DNA of 64,000 nt from Histomonas meleagridis 2922-C6/04-290x (Eukaryota; Protista; Parabasalia): positions 38,743 to 102,742 of the forward strand of contig JAANOX010000220.1 in the NCBI GenBank assembly GCA_020184695.1, read 5' to 3'. Positions within the stretch are counted from its first letter, which is position 1, and each line of letters begins with the position of its first letter. Shown here one piece after another: positions 42,784-52,868 of this stretch. Made by a program: the position numbers and the translations under genes. The notes beneath the pieces were generated by a model. The model worked only from the letters and a program-made list of their open reading frames with translations, ran no database searches and was not told where the DNA came from.

Positions 42784-43884
42784 ATGAGAGGGAAATCGCT
42801 TACTCATCCAGACAAGCCAATTTCACAACAAAGTAGGGACAACTGCGAAGGAAATTTAATTGTTTATGAAGGGGAGATTTATAATCTTGGACCAAAAATC
42901 AAATTTAAATTTCTTTCTTGCGCAGGTACTGGATCTTTTGGGTGTGTATATGAAGTCATAAATTTATACGATGGCAAAAAATTCGCACTTAAAATTGGTA
43001 ACAGTCGATGCTCTAAAGTTATTGTGAATGAAGCAATCATAATGTCAAAAATTTCTTCTCTCCTCAACAAATCCGAATCACGCTATGTCATACGAATGTT
43101 CGGGTCTCTTAAGTATTGTGGCCACGAGTGTATTCTTTACGAACTTCTTTCATTCAACATGTACGAGTTAATCCAACACAGAAAATTCACAGGACTTCCA
43201 ATTCAGCATGTTCAATTATACTCTAAACAGATTTGTCATGCTCTTAATAGCATCCATTCCATCAATTTTGTACATTTGGACATCAAACCAGAAAACATAT
43301 TATTCACAGATTCTACCTTCAAAGAAGTCAAGCTCTCAGATTTTGGTAATGCTCGCGTATATGAACAGAACAAGCTCAATTATTGTGTTACACGCTACTA
43401 CCGTCCTCCTGAAATTGTATTAGGGCTTGAGTTTACAAACAAATCTGATGTTTGGTCAATGGGATGTCTTATTGCAGAAATGCTTCAAGGTAATCCTATC
43501 CTACCCGGGCAAAATGAGCTACATCTCCTCGAACTGATGCAGAAACGAATTGGCAAAAAAATTCCGAATTCAATGATCAAACGGTCGCCGCAGAGAAACG
43601 AATTTTTCAACGAGCAAGACGAGCTTATCCCTGAAAATGAGTTCTGTCAAGCTCACCCATCACAAAGTTCGAGTGAAAGTGTGAAACTTCTTCACTCAAA
43701 ATTTTTTGATTGGTCAATTCAAGAATTTTTCGCTTCGGTTCCTGATGGAGATAACCCAAATATACGAAACGTAATAGATGCATTGTGTGACTTGGTGTCA
43801 CATATGTTAGTTTTTGACCCAGAAGAAAGGTATTCTATTGCTGATGTGTTGGAACACAAGTTCTTCAAAATGTCTATTTCGTAA
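42784..43884 (+). CDS. CMGC protein kinase (DYRK/Yak-like)
   Basis: GTGSFG, ALKI, HLDIKPEN, DFG, TRYYRPPE and DVWSMG. The probable ATG is at 42784. Confidence 0.9.
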   Translation: MRGKSLTHPDKPISQQSRDNCEGNLIVYEGEIYNLGPKIKFKFLSCAGTGSFGCVYEVINLYDGKKFALKIGNSRCSKVIVNEAIIMSKISSLLNKSESRYVIRMFGSLKYCGHECILYELLSFNMYELIQHRKFTGLPIQHVQLYSKQICHALNSIHSINFVHLDIKPENILFTDSTFKEVKLSDFGNARVYEQNKLNYCVTRYYRPPEIVLGLEFTNKSDVWSMGCLIAEMLQGNPILPGQNELHLLELMQKRIGKKIPNSMIKRSPQRNEFFNEQDELIPENEFCQAHPSQSSSESVKLLHSKFFDWSIQEFFASVPDGDNPNIRNVIDALCDLVSHMLVFDPEERYSIADVLEHKFFKMSIS

Positions 43885-44729
43885 TCAAATGAGATTTATT
43901 TGAGTATATTATGTTTGGTTGATAAATTGTTTGGTTTTAGCATGAGGTTGTCTGAAGTTATGCAAACCTTTAATGATAAAATGTGCGGAAGCTATTGTCT
44001 GAATTTTGTTATATAAAATACTTGTAATAAAATATTTTATTTATTTGTAAATAGATATTTGTTCATTATGATTCCAATTCCATACATCATATACGAAAAA
44101 CGTTTGAAAATTTTTATATTTTTTTTTAAAGGGAAAATGAGATTACAAAATAAAGAATGAAAGATAATGGATTTGCTCCAAATGTATAAAGGAAATTAAA
44201 TTGCATAGTTAAAATCTTTAGTAAAAATTGAAAATTTTGAATATTAATTTTATTTGTATGAATATTGTTTATAATAGTTTTTAATATTTCATATCTTATT
44301 GTTAGTATATTGATCTATCAATATTCTTAATATAATAATATAATTATTTGAACTATTTTTTGTTTTTGCATTATAAGTGTATATTTGTTAAATTTCCTAA
44401 TACTTTTATTTGAAAATATATAATATAAATGTTTTTTTATATCCTTTCATATTTATTTAGATTTAATTTTTGAAAAAGAAATTGATGTAGAAAAAAAAAA
44501 CACTGTTTACAGTGTCTCACCGGTGATATACAATTTTCAGTCAATCGGTCTTCATATATCTGAAGGATTTCAGAGCATATCGTCAGCGCAGGGTGCACCG
44601 GTTGTTTTTTTCGATTGAAATTTGAAATAAAATTCTTGTTTTTTTCAGAACGTCTGAAACCTTAACCCCTTTCAAATAACCAATTTTTGATATTCAGTTA
44701 ATTTTTTTCCTTCATTTTATACAAAAGTC

Positions 44730-46325
44730 ATGCCAAGTAAAAAGGTATTTATATCTGGAGCTTCTGGTGTAATGGGTCATGCTTCCTTCGTCGAAATATA
44801 TAACAAGAGAAAGGATTTTGATATAGTTTTATTGCTTCGTGACAAATTTAGAAATCATAATTTATTTTCATCATATGCAAATGATCCAAGAGTAACAATT
44901 ATTTGGGGAGATTTAAAGAATTACAGTGATGTTAAAAAAGCCATTGATGGTTGTAATTATATTTTACATATTGGAGGATTAGTTTCACCACGTGCTGATT
45001 TTCTTCCCAAAGAAACATTTGCAACAAATGTAACAGCAGCAGAAAATATAATTAAAGCAGTTAAAGAACAACCTAATCCTGATGATATTAAAGTTGTTTA
45101 TATCGGAACAGTTGCACAAACAGGAGATCGTAATGAACCAATTCATTGGGGAAGATGTGGTGATCCGATTAATATCTCTATTTATGATCATTATGGTGTA
45201 TCTAAAGTTCAAGCAGAACGAATTTTTGCAGAATCAGGTTTAAAACATTGGGTTTCATTACGTCAATCAGGTATTTTACATCCCGGTCTTCTATATAATA
45301 TTGGACCTATTGTTTTTCATATTGTTTTACGTGGTGTTCTTGAATGGGCAACTCTTGAAGATAGTGCAACACTTATGTGTAATGTTCTTGACGATTCAGT
45401 CCCAGAAACATTTTGGAGACGTTTTTATAATATTGGATCAGGAAAAGAATATAGAATGACGAATTATGAATTTGAAGAAAAAATTCTTTATTCACTTGGA
45501 ATGGGTCATGATGCACCAAAGAAAATATTTGAACCAAATTGGTTTATAACACGTAATTTTCATGGTCAATGGTATTTAGATAGTGATGAATTAGAAAATA
45601 TTTTACATTTTAGACATAATATTCCAATTAAAGAATATTTTAATGATATCAAAAGAAAATCGCCATTATTATTTAGATTATCATTTCTTTTTGGAAACTT
45701 TATTGGAAAAGAGTTTATGCGATTTATTGCAAATGATAAACGATTTGGAACACTTTCATGGATTAAAAATAAAGATGAAAAACGAATCAGTGCATTCTTT
45801 GGATCATATAAAGAATGGGAATCATTACCTAAAACATGGGATAAAACAGATCTTAGTCGACCATCAGAGAAAGCGATTGTTTTAAATCATGGTTATGATG
45901 AAACAAAACCAATTGATGAATTAAATATAAATGATATGAAAGAAGCAGCAAAATTTAGAGGTGGTGAATGTTTATCAAATGAAATGAAATTAGGCGATTT
46001 ATTTACAAAATTAAAATGGAAGTGTGCCTTTGGTCATATATTTGATATGACACCAAATATAATATTAAAAGGTGGTCATTGGTGCCCTGAATGTGATCCA
46101 ATTCCATGGAACTATGATGAAATTGCTAAAGTTAATCCATTTTTTGCACAAGTTTGGAATCCACTTCATAACAAAGAAGAAAATAATTATTATGATATGA
46201 ATATTTATAAAGATTATGATGAGTTCAAACAAAAAAAGATATCAAATTCATTTCTTATTTTGATTGGAATCGTAATTTTCTTTTCTTTGACAATGCTATA
46301 TTTTGTCTTAGCAAAAATTAAATAA
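44730..46325 (+). CDS. NAD-dependent epimerase/dehydratase (extended SDR) with a C-terminal zinc-ribbon-like motif and TM tail
   Basis: ISGASGVMG, IWGDL, HIGGLVSP and YGVSK; KWKCAFGH...GGHWCPEC; terminal hydrophobic helix. Confidence 0.85.
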   Translation: MPSKKVFISGASGVMGHASFVEIYNKRKDFDIVLLLRDKFRNHNLFSSYANDPRVTIIWGDLKNYSDVKKAIDGCNYILHIGGLVSPRADFLPKETFATNVTAAENIIKAVKEQPNPDDIKVVYIGTVAQTGDRNEPIHWGRCGDPINISIYDHYGVSKVQAERIFAESGLKHWVSLRQSGILHPGLLYNIGPIVFHIVLRGVLEWATLEDSATLMCNVLDDSVPETFWRRFYNIGSGKEYRMTNYEFEEKILYSLGMGHDAPKKIFEPNWFITRNFHGQWYLDSDELENILHFRHNIPIKEYFNDIKRKSPLLFRLSFLFGNFIGKEFMRFIANDKRFGTLSWIKNKDEKRISAFFGSYKEWESLPKTWDKTDLSRPSEKAIVLNHGYDETKPIDELNINDMKEAAKFRGGECLSNEMKLGDLFTKLKWKCAFGHIFDMTPNIILKGGHWCPECDPIPWNYDEIAKVNPFFAQVWNPLHNKEENNYYDMNIYKDYDEFKQKKISNSFLILIGIVIFFSLTMLYFVLAKIK

Positions 46326-46997
46326 ATTTAATGAATAAAATTATCTATCCAAAAATATTTTGATTTAAAATTAATTTTAGTAATATGAAAATTTACAATT
46401 TTGTTTTATCATATTATAAATGTTTTCTAAAATTCCTTTGGTGTTAATGTTTATTATAATAACAACATATTAAATATAAATTGATTAAAATTGAATTAGA
46501 AAAGGATTAACATTAAATCTAATCTATAAATTAAATTATGTTTGATAGAATTTAATTAAATTCCTACTATATAGATTGGATAAACATTTCGAATTTTAAA
46601 ATTTTCCTTAAAAAAATTATTAATATTCTGGTTTAATTTGAATTTATTTTTTTTCATAAACACTTGTTTTTTGAAATTTTATCAACTTCTTTTTAACATG
46701 TTTGCCGGCACATCTCTCGAAGTCCATCAATTGAACAATATCAAATTATTTATGAGATTCATTTAAAAAAATTCTTCTTTTCACATTAAGCTGCTTCATT
46801 GTTAATTTTCTCTTTTGGAATAATTTAAAAAGTAAAAAATAATTAGGTTCGAATTCAAGAACTTTAAATATAAACTATTCAAATCATTTAGCTGATGTTT
46901 AATAATAATCCAAAGTTATAAGTCCTTTATAATTATACGTTTTGCAACATTAAAATCAATATTTTCGGCAATTGTTTTTTTATTTGGTTATTGGAAT

Positions 46998-47753
46998 TCA
47001 CCAAAATTCTTCATCAAATTCTTGAAAATCTGATTGATCTTGTTGGTGCTGTTGCTGATCTTGTTGGTGCTCCTGGTCATGCTGATATTCTTCAACAACC
47101 GTGTTATTCTTTTGTATATTTAAATCATAATTTTCATGGTTGATATTAAGAAATTGCTCTATCTGAGAAATGCCAAAACTTTCTCCTTCAATACCTTCAA
47201 AAATCACATCATTGTTAGGTGGTGAGTTTAATGTGACATTATTTGAAAAAGAAAAGCCAGTTGTTGCTGAACTCCTTTCTTCATCGGCTTCATTTTGTGG
47301 TAGATTTAAGTTTTCTGTCTGCTTCTTATTATCATTTGTTGATAGATGAAATGGTGTTGATATATCATACTTAGGCTTTCCATCAATTTCGGATGGTATT
47401 GAATTTAAATTGTAATCACTAAAATCACTAGGTTCAATCTCAATCTGAGAAAGTGGATCAGGCTCTAAAGGACTTCTAATGTAATCATTTCTTTCAAGCA
47501 TTGTTTGGATAAAACCACTTGATTGAGGAATATTTATATCGGTTGAATTTGTCGTATTTTCTTTATGTCTGCAACTTGAGCTATGTTGTATCTGATCTTT
47601 TTTGTTTTGTGTTTTCTGATTTTCATTAGTATTATTCAATTTCTTTTTCATGTATCGTGAAAGAGGAACAGTACTAGTTTCTTCGATTTTATCGTCTATT
47701 ATGAGCTTTACTATTTTTTCTATGGGTTTTTTCCCTTTTGGATCTCTTCCCAT
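46998..47753 (-). CDS. Hypothetical low-complexity protein with an acidic/Gln-rich tail
   Basis: ATG at 47753 (MGRDPKGKK...); ends QQDQ...EFDEEFW. Confidence 0.6.
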   Translation of the reverse strand: MGRDPKGKKPIEKIVKLIIDDKIEETSTVPLSRYMKKKLNNTNENQKTQNKKDQIQHSSSCRHKENTTNSTDINIPQSSGFIQTMLERNDYIRSPLEPDPLSQIEIEPSDFSDYNLNSIPSEIDGKPKYDISTPFHLSTNDNKKQTENLNLPQNEADEERSSATTGFSFSNNVTLNSPPNNDVIFEGIEGESFGISQIEQFLNINHENYDLNIQKNNTVVEEYQHDQEHQQDQQQHQQDQSDFQEFDEEFW

Positions 47754-47979
47754 TCTCTCAAAGATTTTGGTGGTGTCAATCTTCAAAAGATTTATTCAAA
47801 TTTGAATGAATCATACATAACTGTTTATAACTTATCAAAATTGTATGTAAGTTCTTTGATAACCGTCAAAGATTTATCAAATCTTATTTAACCTCTTCGA
47901 TGAACGTTTAGTTATTTTGACAGGTTTATAAGTTTTCAAATTATAATTTGATTTCCAACATTATTTTTAAAACACATTT

Positions 47980-48570
47980 TTAGTATGAATCTATTAAAAG
48001 TTTTGCAAGTTTTTCCAGGTTTTTAGGATCATCCCAAACACCTCTGTGCCTTTCTTCAACAATCGCTTTTCTTTCTGCCATTTCCCTTTCCTTTCTCTCA
48101 AGTTCTTTCTTTGCTTCAAGACGGTGCTTAACCATCTCATTTTCCTTTTTTGTTCTTTCTTTGATTTCGATCTGTTTTTGTTTTTTTTGAGCTTTCTCGA
48201 GTTTAATACGTTCTTTTTTCTTCTTCTTTTCTTCTATATCAATTTCTTTTTGTTCAGCAGCTTTGGCTTGAAGCCTTGCCTTCTTTTCTGAACGGATCTT
48301 TTTTAAGGTTTCAGCTTCTCGATGAGCTTCAGCTTTCTTTTCCATTTGAATTTCTTTATTAATTTCTTTAGTAAGTTCTTTCTGTATAGAATGTTCCGTT
48401 TCTGACTTTCTCATTACTTCCCTTCTTTCTTGATTAATACGATCAATTCGCTGTTTTAAATTATCTCTTCTTGTTTTAGCGAGCTCCTTTTCTTCTTCCT
48501 TTTTCCTTTTTTCTTTCATTTGGCGGAGAAGTTTATCAATTGGTTCTTCATGTTTTGGCGCTTTTTTCAT
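47980..48570 (-). CDS. K/E/R-rich coiled-coil protein
   Basis: Highly charged helical ORF; ATG at 48570. Confidence 0.65.
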   Translation of the reverse strand: MKKAPKHEEPIDKLLRQMKEKRKKEEEKELAKTRRDNLKQRIDRINQERREVMRKSETEHSIQKELTKEINKEIQMEKKAEAHREAETLKKIRSEKKARLQAKAAEQKEIDIEEKKKKKERIKLEKAQKKQKQIEIKERTKKENEMVKHRLEAKKELERKEREMAERKAIVEERHRGVWDDPKNLEKLAKLLIDSY

Positions 48571-48690
48571 AATGGAAATAACGTTTAAAACCGATATCAT
48601 TATTAACGGTTTTCCACAAGACCATAACCGACAACTGCTATTTATTCAAAAAGTTGATATCAACAATCAAACAAACCTGTTGAATTAAAG

Positions 48691-48710
48691 ACGGTTTGGC
48701 CTTCCTTTTT
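48691..48710 (+). promoter_or_regulatory. M3 plus M5 core promoter of RPS12
   Basis: ACGGTTTGGCCTTCCTTTTT directly upstream of GCAAATG. Confidence 0.7.
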
Positions 48711-48714
48711 GCAA

Positions 48715-49101
48715 ATGGCTGAAAACACCGCTGTTATCGAAAATGGCCTCCGTCAAATCAACCTTTCTGGACGTGTTGCCAAAGGTTTCAACTGCACAGT
48801 CAAAGCCATCATCAAAGGAAAGGCTAAGCTTGTTTTCCTTGCTGATGATACTGATAACAAAGATTATAAGGCCCTTATCACAGGACTTGCTAAGAAGAAT
48901 GAAGTCAAATTAGTTGCAGTTCCAGAAAAGGAACTTCTTGGTAGAGCTCTTGGCCTTGCTTCAATCCGTCATGATGGAACAGTTCGTCGTCAAATCAAAT
49001 GCGGTGCATGCGCTGTTATGAAGTATGGATCTGTTATCACACCGGATGTAGAAGCATTCAGAGAAGCATTCGATCCAGTTCCACAAGAAAAACAAGAATA
49101 A
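48715..49101 (+). CDS. RPS12: 40S ribosomal protein S12 (eS12)
   Basis: L7Ae fold: VAKGFNCTVKAI...LVFLADDTDNKDYKALITGL...LGRALGL...IKCGACAV. Confidence 0.9.
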   Translation: MAENTAVIENGLRQINLSGRVAKGFNCTVKAIIKGKAKLVFLADDTDNKDYKALITGLAKKNEVKLVAVPEKELLGRALGLASIRHDGTVRRQIKCGACAVMKYGSVITPDVEAFREAFDPVPQEKQE

Positions 49102-49137
49102 ACAAATCAATTTCATCACAATTTAATATAAAAAAAT

Positions 49138-49626
49138 TCAATCCCAAGCTGTCTCAAGTGAAGGGAAAGGAGCTGTAAATATCCCAATCGGTGGATAAAG
49201 CTCTCGTTGCTTTTCAACAATGCGTTTCGCTTCTTCGAGTTGAGATCTTTGCTGTGGTTGTTCAACTCGAGCATTTCTTGTGACTTCAAATATTGGCTCT
49301 TCTTTTGGTATTTGCGGTTCTGATTGATAGCGTGTGTGCTCATGTCTTTGATACTTTTCGGAATCATTTCTATTATATACATAGATAGGATCTGAATTAT
49401 CCATATATCGTTTGTCTTGAAATCTTCTATCATCATATGGACGACTATGTGAGCGTTGAATTTCAGATATTGGCGTTCGCCCTCGATATCGATCTGAACG
49501 TTCATCCCAATAATTATCTTGTGGAACCCTTCTTGGTGGGGAATCACGGTCAGAGCGATTCCAAATGTGTCCTCCGTATGTTCTTCCTTGTTCTTGATAG
49601 AATCTTCTTCTATCTCTAAAGCTCAT
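49138..49626 (-). CDS. R/D/Y-rich low-complexity protein (possibly RNA-associated)
   Basis: 162-aa ORF with RD/RY-rich composition. Confidence 0.6.
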   Translation of the reverse strand: MSFRDRRRFYQEQGRTYGGHIWNRSDRDSPPRRVPQDNYWDERSDRYRGRTPISEIQRSHSRPYDDRRFQDKRYMDNSDPIYVYNRNDSEKYQRHEHTRYQSEPQIPKEEPIFEVTRNARVEQPQQRSQLEEAKRIVEKQRELYPPIGIFTAPFPSLETAWD

Positions 49627-49824
49627 AAACTGTTTCCGTTTGGATCAAAGAACGTTTAATATCTGATAATCAGTTTTTCATAAACTAAACAAAAATTTTG
49701 TAACGATAGAGTCGAAAAATCATCGTATTTATATTCAAAAATTGATTTGGAGCACCCCTTTATACAAATTTCATTTCTGGAAAAGATTGAACAATGATTC
49801 ATATAACATAAATTTATTAGTATA

Positions 49825-51141
49825 CTAACGCACGACACTCCTTCTTCTTCCCTTGACAGTGAACATCAATTTTTCCATCGCGTGACTCTTTAATATGTTA
49901 TCGAATTCTTGGAAAATTCCACTTGTTTCTTCGTTATTCGTAGCTATTATATTATCAATGAACACACCCACGACAGGGCTATCTGCTATGTAACTTGCAA
50001 GCGATGACTTCGATATATCTTTTGATGATTGAGAAGCTTTTATTCCTTTTGCGATTTTCATTTTCAGGTTTGGATCCGATAGTGGTACTTCTTTTTGGCC
50101 CGAAGCAAGTATCATTATTGCGTAGATGAATTGCCACAAGATCAATTGTATTCTTCTTGCTGGGAATATTTCCGTCGATTTGAACATGTTTAATTCTTCA
50201 GTAAGGTTTGAATCGACTTGGCGAAGTAACATTAAGAGGTCTGGATCGAACACTGGCTCGTCTGGTAATGCAAGATTTGCAAAGTCAAGATTAAGAATAG
50301 CATCGATCGTGACGTCTTCCATCTCGTCTCTTAGGAAAAGGTTAAAAGGAAGCCCAATAATGAATGGAACTGGCGCGCCTGTGGTGGCAATGAGGTGGAG
50401 CGGAAGGGCAGTGATGAATACGCTGGGCCAATTGAGGGGGTAAATGATGGACAGGAGCGAGAAGCAGCCAAAGCATAGCTGCGTGGTAAAGGAGGACGTG
50501 ACAAATATTCGGGTACCACAAAGAAGATGAATTATTAGATGAAGAATTTGTATGGGTCGTAAAATCTTGAATATAAATTGATGGAATCGGCCAATCTCAG
50601 CGGCGGGACTTAAGTCGTAAGGTACAAATGAGACTGTGGATGATGTAGGTGTGCATTCATAATCAGGATGAAGATATAAATCAAGTTCTTCAGAAAGATT
50701 GACAACCCTAAGGGATGGGAGCTTGTTAAAAAGATGGAATAAAATGCTTTGAAAAACATATGGATGAAAATACTTCGATTGAATTGCTAAGATTATAAGG
50801 TTATTCTCTTTGATTTGGACCATCTGATCTGTTCCTTGAAACTGTATGTCATTTTTAGTTTCGAATATGATTGAATAAAGGATAACAATTCCTGACTCAG
50901 GATTAAGAGTAGCCATGTGAAAAAAAGGTTGACTAAGATCTGGAAGGTCTTCGTTTGAGGGTGTGATGTGGTCAGCTGTTCCTGTTATTGGCTTTGTATT
51001 TGTTGGAAAATTTAATAAAACATTTTTTTCTTTCCCATCACGATTTACAGACCAAACAGAAAAGTTATCCAAAAGCAACCCCTTACCTTTAAAAAACCTT
51101 AGGTATGTATCCTTCTCGCTTGGTTGCATATCATTGGACAT
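49825..51141 (-). CDS. DENN-domain protein (Rab GEF-like)
   Basis: RIFVTSSFTTQL...SLLSIIYPLNWPSVFITALP...APVPFIIGL...AILNLD. The probable ATG is at 51141. Confidence 0.85.
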   Translation of the reverse strand: MSNDMQPSEKDTYLRFFKGKGLLLDNFSVWSVNRDGKEKNVLLNFPTNTKPITGTADHITPSNEDLPDLSQPFFHMATLNPESGIVILYSIIFETKNDIQFQGTDQMVQIKENNLIILAIQSKYFHPYVFQSILFHLFNKLPSLRVVNLSEELDLYLHPDYECTPTSSTVSFVPYDLSPAAEIGRFHQFIFKILRPIQILHLIIHLLCGTRIFVTSSFTTQLCFGCFSLLSIIYPLNWPSVFITALPLHLIATTGAPVPFIIGLPFNLFLRDEMEDVTIDAILNLDFANLALPDEPVFDPDLLMLLRQVDSNLTEELNMFKSTEIFPARRIQLILWQFIYAIMILASGQKEVPLSDPNLKMKIAKGIKASQSSKDISKSSLASYIADSPVVGVFIDNIIATNNEETSGIFQEFDNILKSHAMEKLMFTVKGRRRSVVR

Positions 51142-52061
51142 ATTTTTGAAAAAAACCTCCACCAAACGATTAAAACGCACTGAAACAAAAATATTTGCAC
51201 CCAAACATTTCTGAAATGTGAAATTTCACACAAGGAAAATATCTTTTAATTTTGTTGATAAAGATGGTGAAAGAATTTCAGAATCTCCGGGTAGTGATAA
51301 CCAGATATTTGAAACTTACTTTTATATAGATACGAAAAATTGGAATAATATGGGTTTATGTAAAAGTGTCACATGAGCTTACAGTTTTCTTAACGTGCTC
51401 CGATCATTGTATGGTTTATTTTATTAACGATCATTTTTGTGCAAAGGAAACCGTTTAAAATATCTTGTTCTGGTTTTTTTCAAATTAACAATCTCTCCAT
51501 TTTGAAATTTATGGACGTGAATAGAAATTTAGATTACAATACCTGCAAGAAATGACAGTGATCAAGCTCTATTCATTTCAAAAAATATAAATGAATATTA
51601 AAAAATGTTAGTTGTTAATTTCAAGCAATATGATTTCTGAAACTTGTTTGAGAACATTTTTTTAATAATGTGACGACCATTTTCTTTCCCATATGTGAAA
51701 TATTCGAATTAATACATTAATTTTAGACAAATCGATGTACAATTCTATCAACTTTGCTATGGTTGTATCGTTTTTTGCTCGTTGATTCATTTTTTGTATA
51801 AAAATGAAAGAATCTGAAATTTGAAGCATATGAGTGAATTTCACCTGGGAGTTCACTCACGGATGTTTTCTGGATGATTTTTTAACAATTTTCTGTGTCT
51901 TTTGAACCTTGAACCAAGGGAAAAAAAATTGAACTGAGTGAACTCATATAAACTATTGAATTTATATTTTTAATCTTTCAAAAATCGTAGCTTTTTGAAT
52001 TATTTTTGAATGCTTTCAATTTTACCACGTGGCAATGTTTCACTTTTTTTTGGATTTTCTG

Positions 52062-52489
52062 ATGAGTTTCTGTGTCTGCAGTCGAACTTTCTCCTCAAAA
52101 CATTGACAAAAACCCTTCTCTAAGCCTTCAGTATTGTAAAAAAAATAATTAAAACAGGAAGATCAAAGTTTCATATTCAAGCCCAATATATAACTTATGA
52201 AGGCCCGGAAGGCATAGAATGGGATCAATTGGATTCCAAAGGCAATTTATACAGAATGAATAGATTAATCCATCCGTTTAGAATATATCAACGAGTACGA
52301 CAAATTTGACTTCGCCAATTCAAAATACTTCATAACGCTTCTACACAAACAGGAACAAGTGTTGAAGTACCAGCAAATGTTTCCAGGGATAATCCAGTTT
52401 TTCAAGATAAAAGTAGTAATTATGACATTGATACAGAAGATTTTGATTTCTTCTCGGATCAAATCTTAGGAGCCTTGAAGAGCTCTTAG
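52062..52489 (+). pseudogene. Disrupted homolog of the 35180-35608 protein (not in the ORF track)
   Basis: The frame starting at 52145 reads IIKTGRSKFHIQAQYITYEGPEGIEWDQLDSKGNLYR, has an in-frame TGA at 52307 and an acidic tail ending at TAG 52489. The upstream ATG at 52062 is out of frame. Confidence 0.65.
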
Positions 52490-52868
52490 TTACATGCGGG
52501 GAGAGGAGGTAAATTTATAACTTTCAATTTGTCAACAATCTGTTTAAACTCAAATAGCATTATGATTAGCTATATATTATATCTTATGACCAAAGCACAA
52601 AGGCGGAAAATTATATATAAAATATTCCCATGGCCATTAAAACCAATTTTTTCATTTTTGTGAAGAATAATTTCGAACGTTAACTACGAACATTGAAAAT
52701 TGAATACAAACCGTTTTCGATATAAACAGTTCAGAAGGAGCTTTTTGATGACCATCAGCTCGAATTTGTTTTGGTATCGTTTTTGTGCTAACTGCTTATT
52801 GAATGGTATACACAAATGTGGCAGTGGCAAATGTAATACTGAATTTATAAATTTAATCTGACTTTTAT

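Noticed and set aside
43890-44500. Very AT-rich tract as a possible origin or centromere
   Set aside because: No repeat structure, and similar tracts occur at 46330-46700 and 61680-61960. Composition alone is not evidence.
52307-52309. TGA as selenocysteine
   Set aside because: No redox-type context and no recognisable SECIS. The same gene has other lesions.
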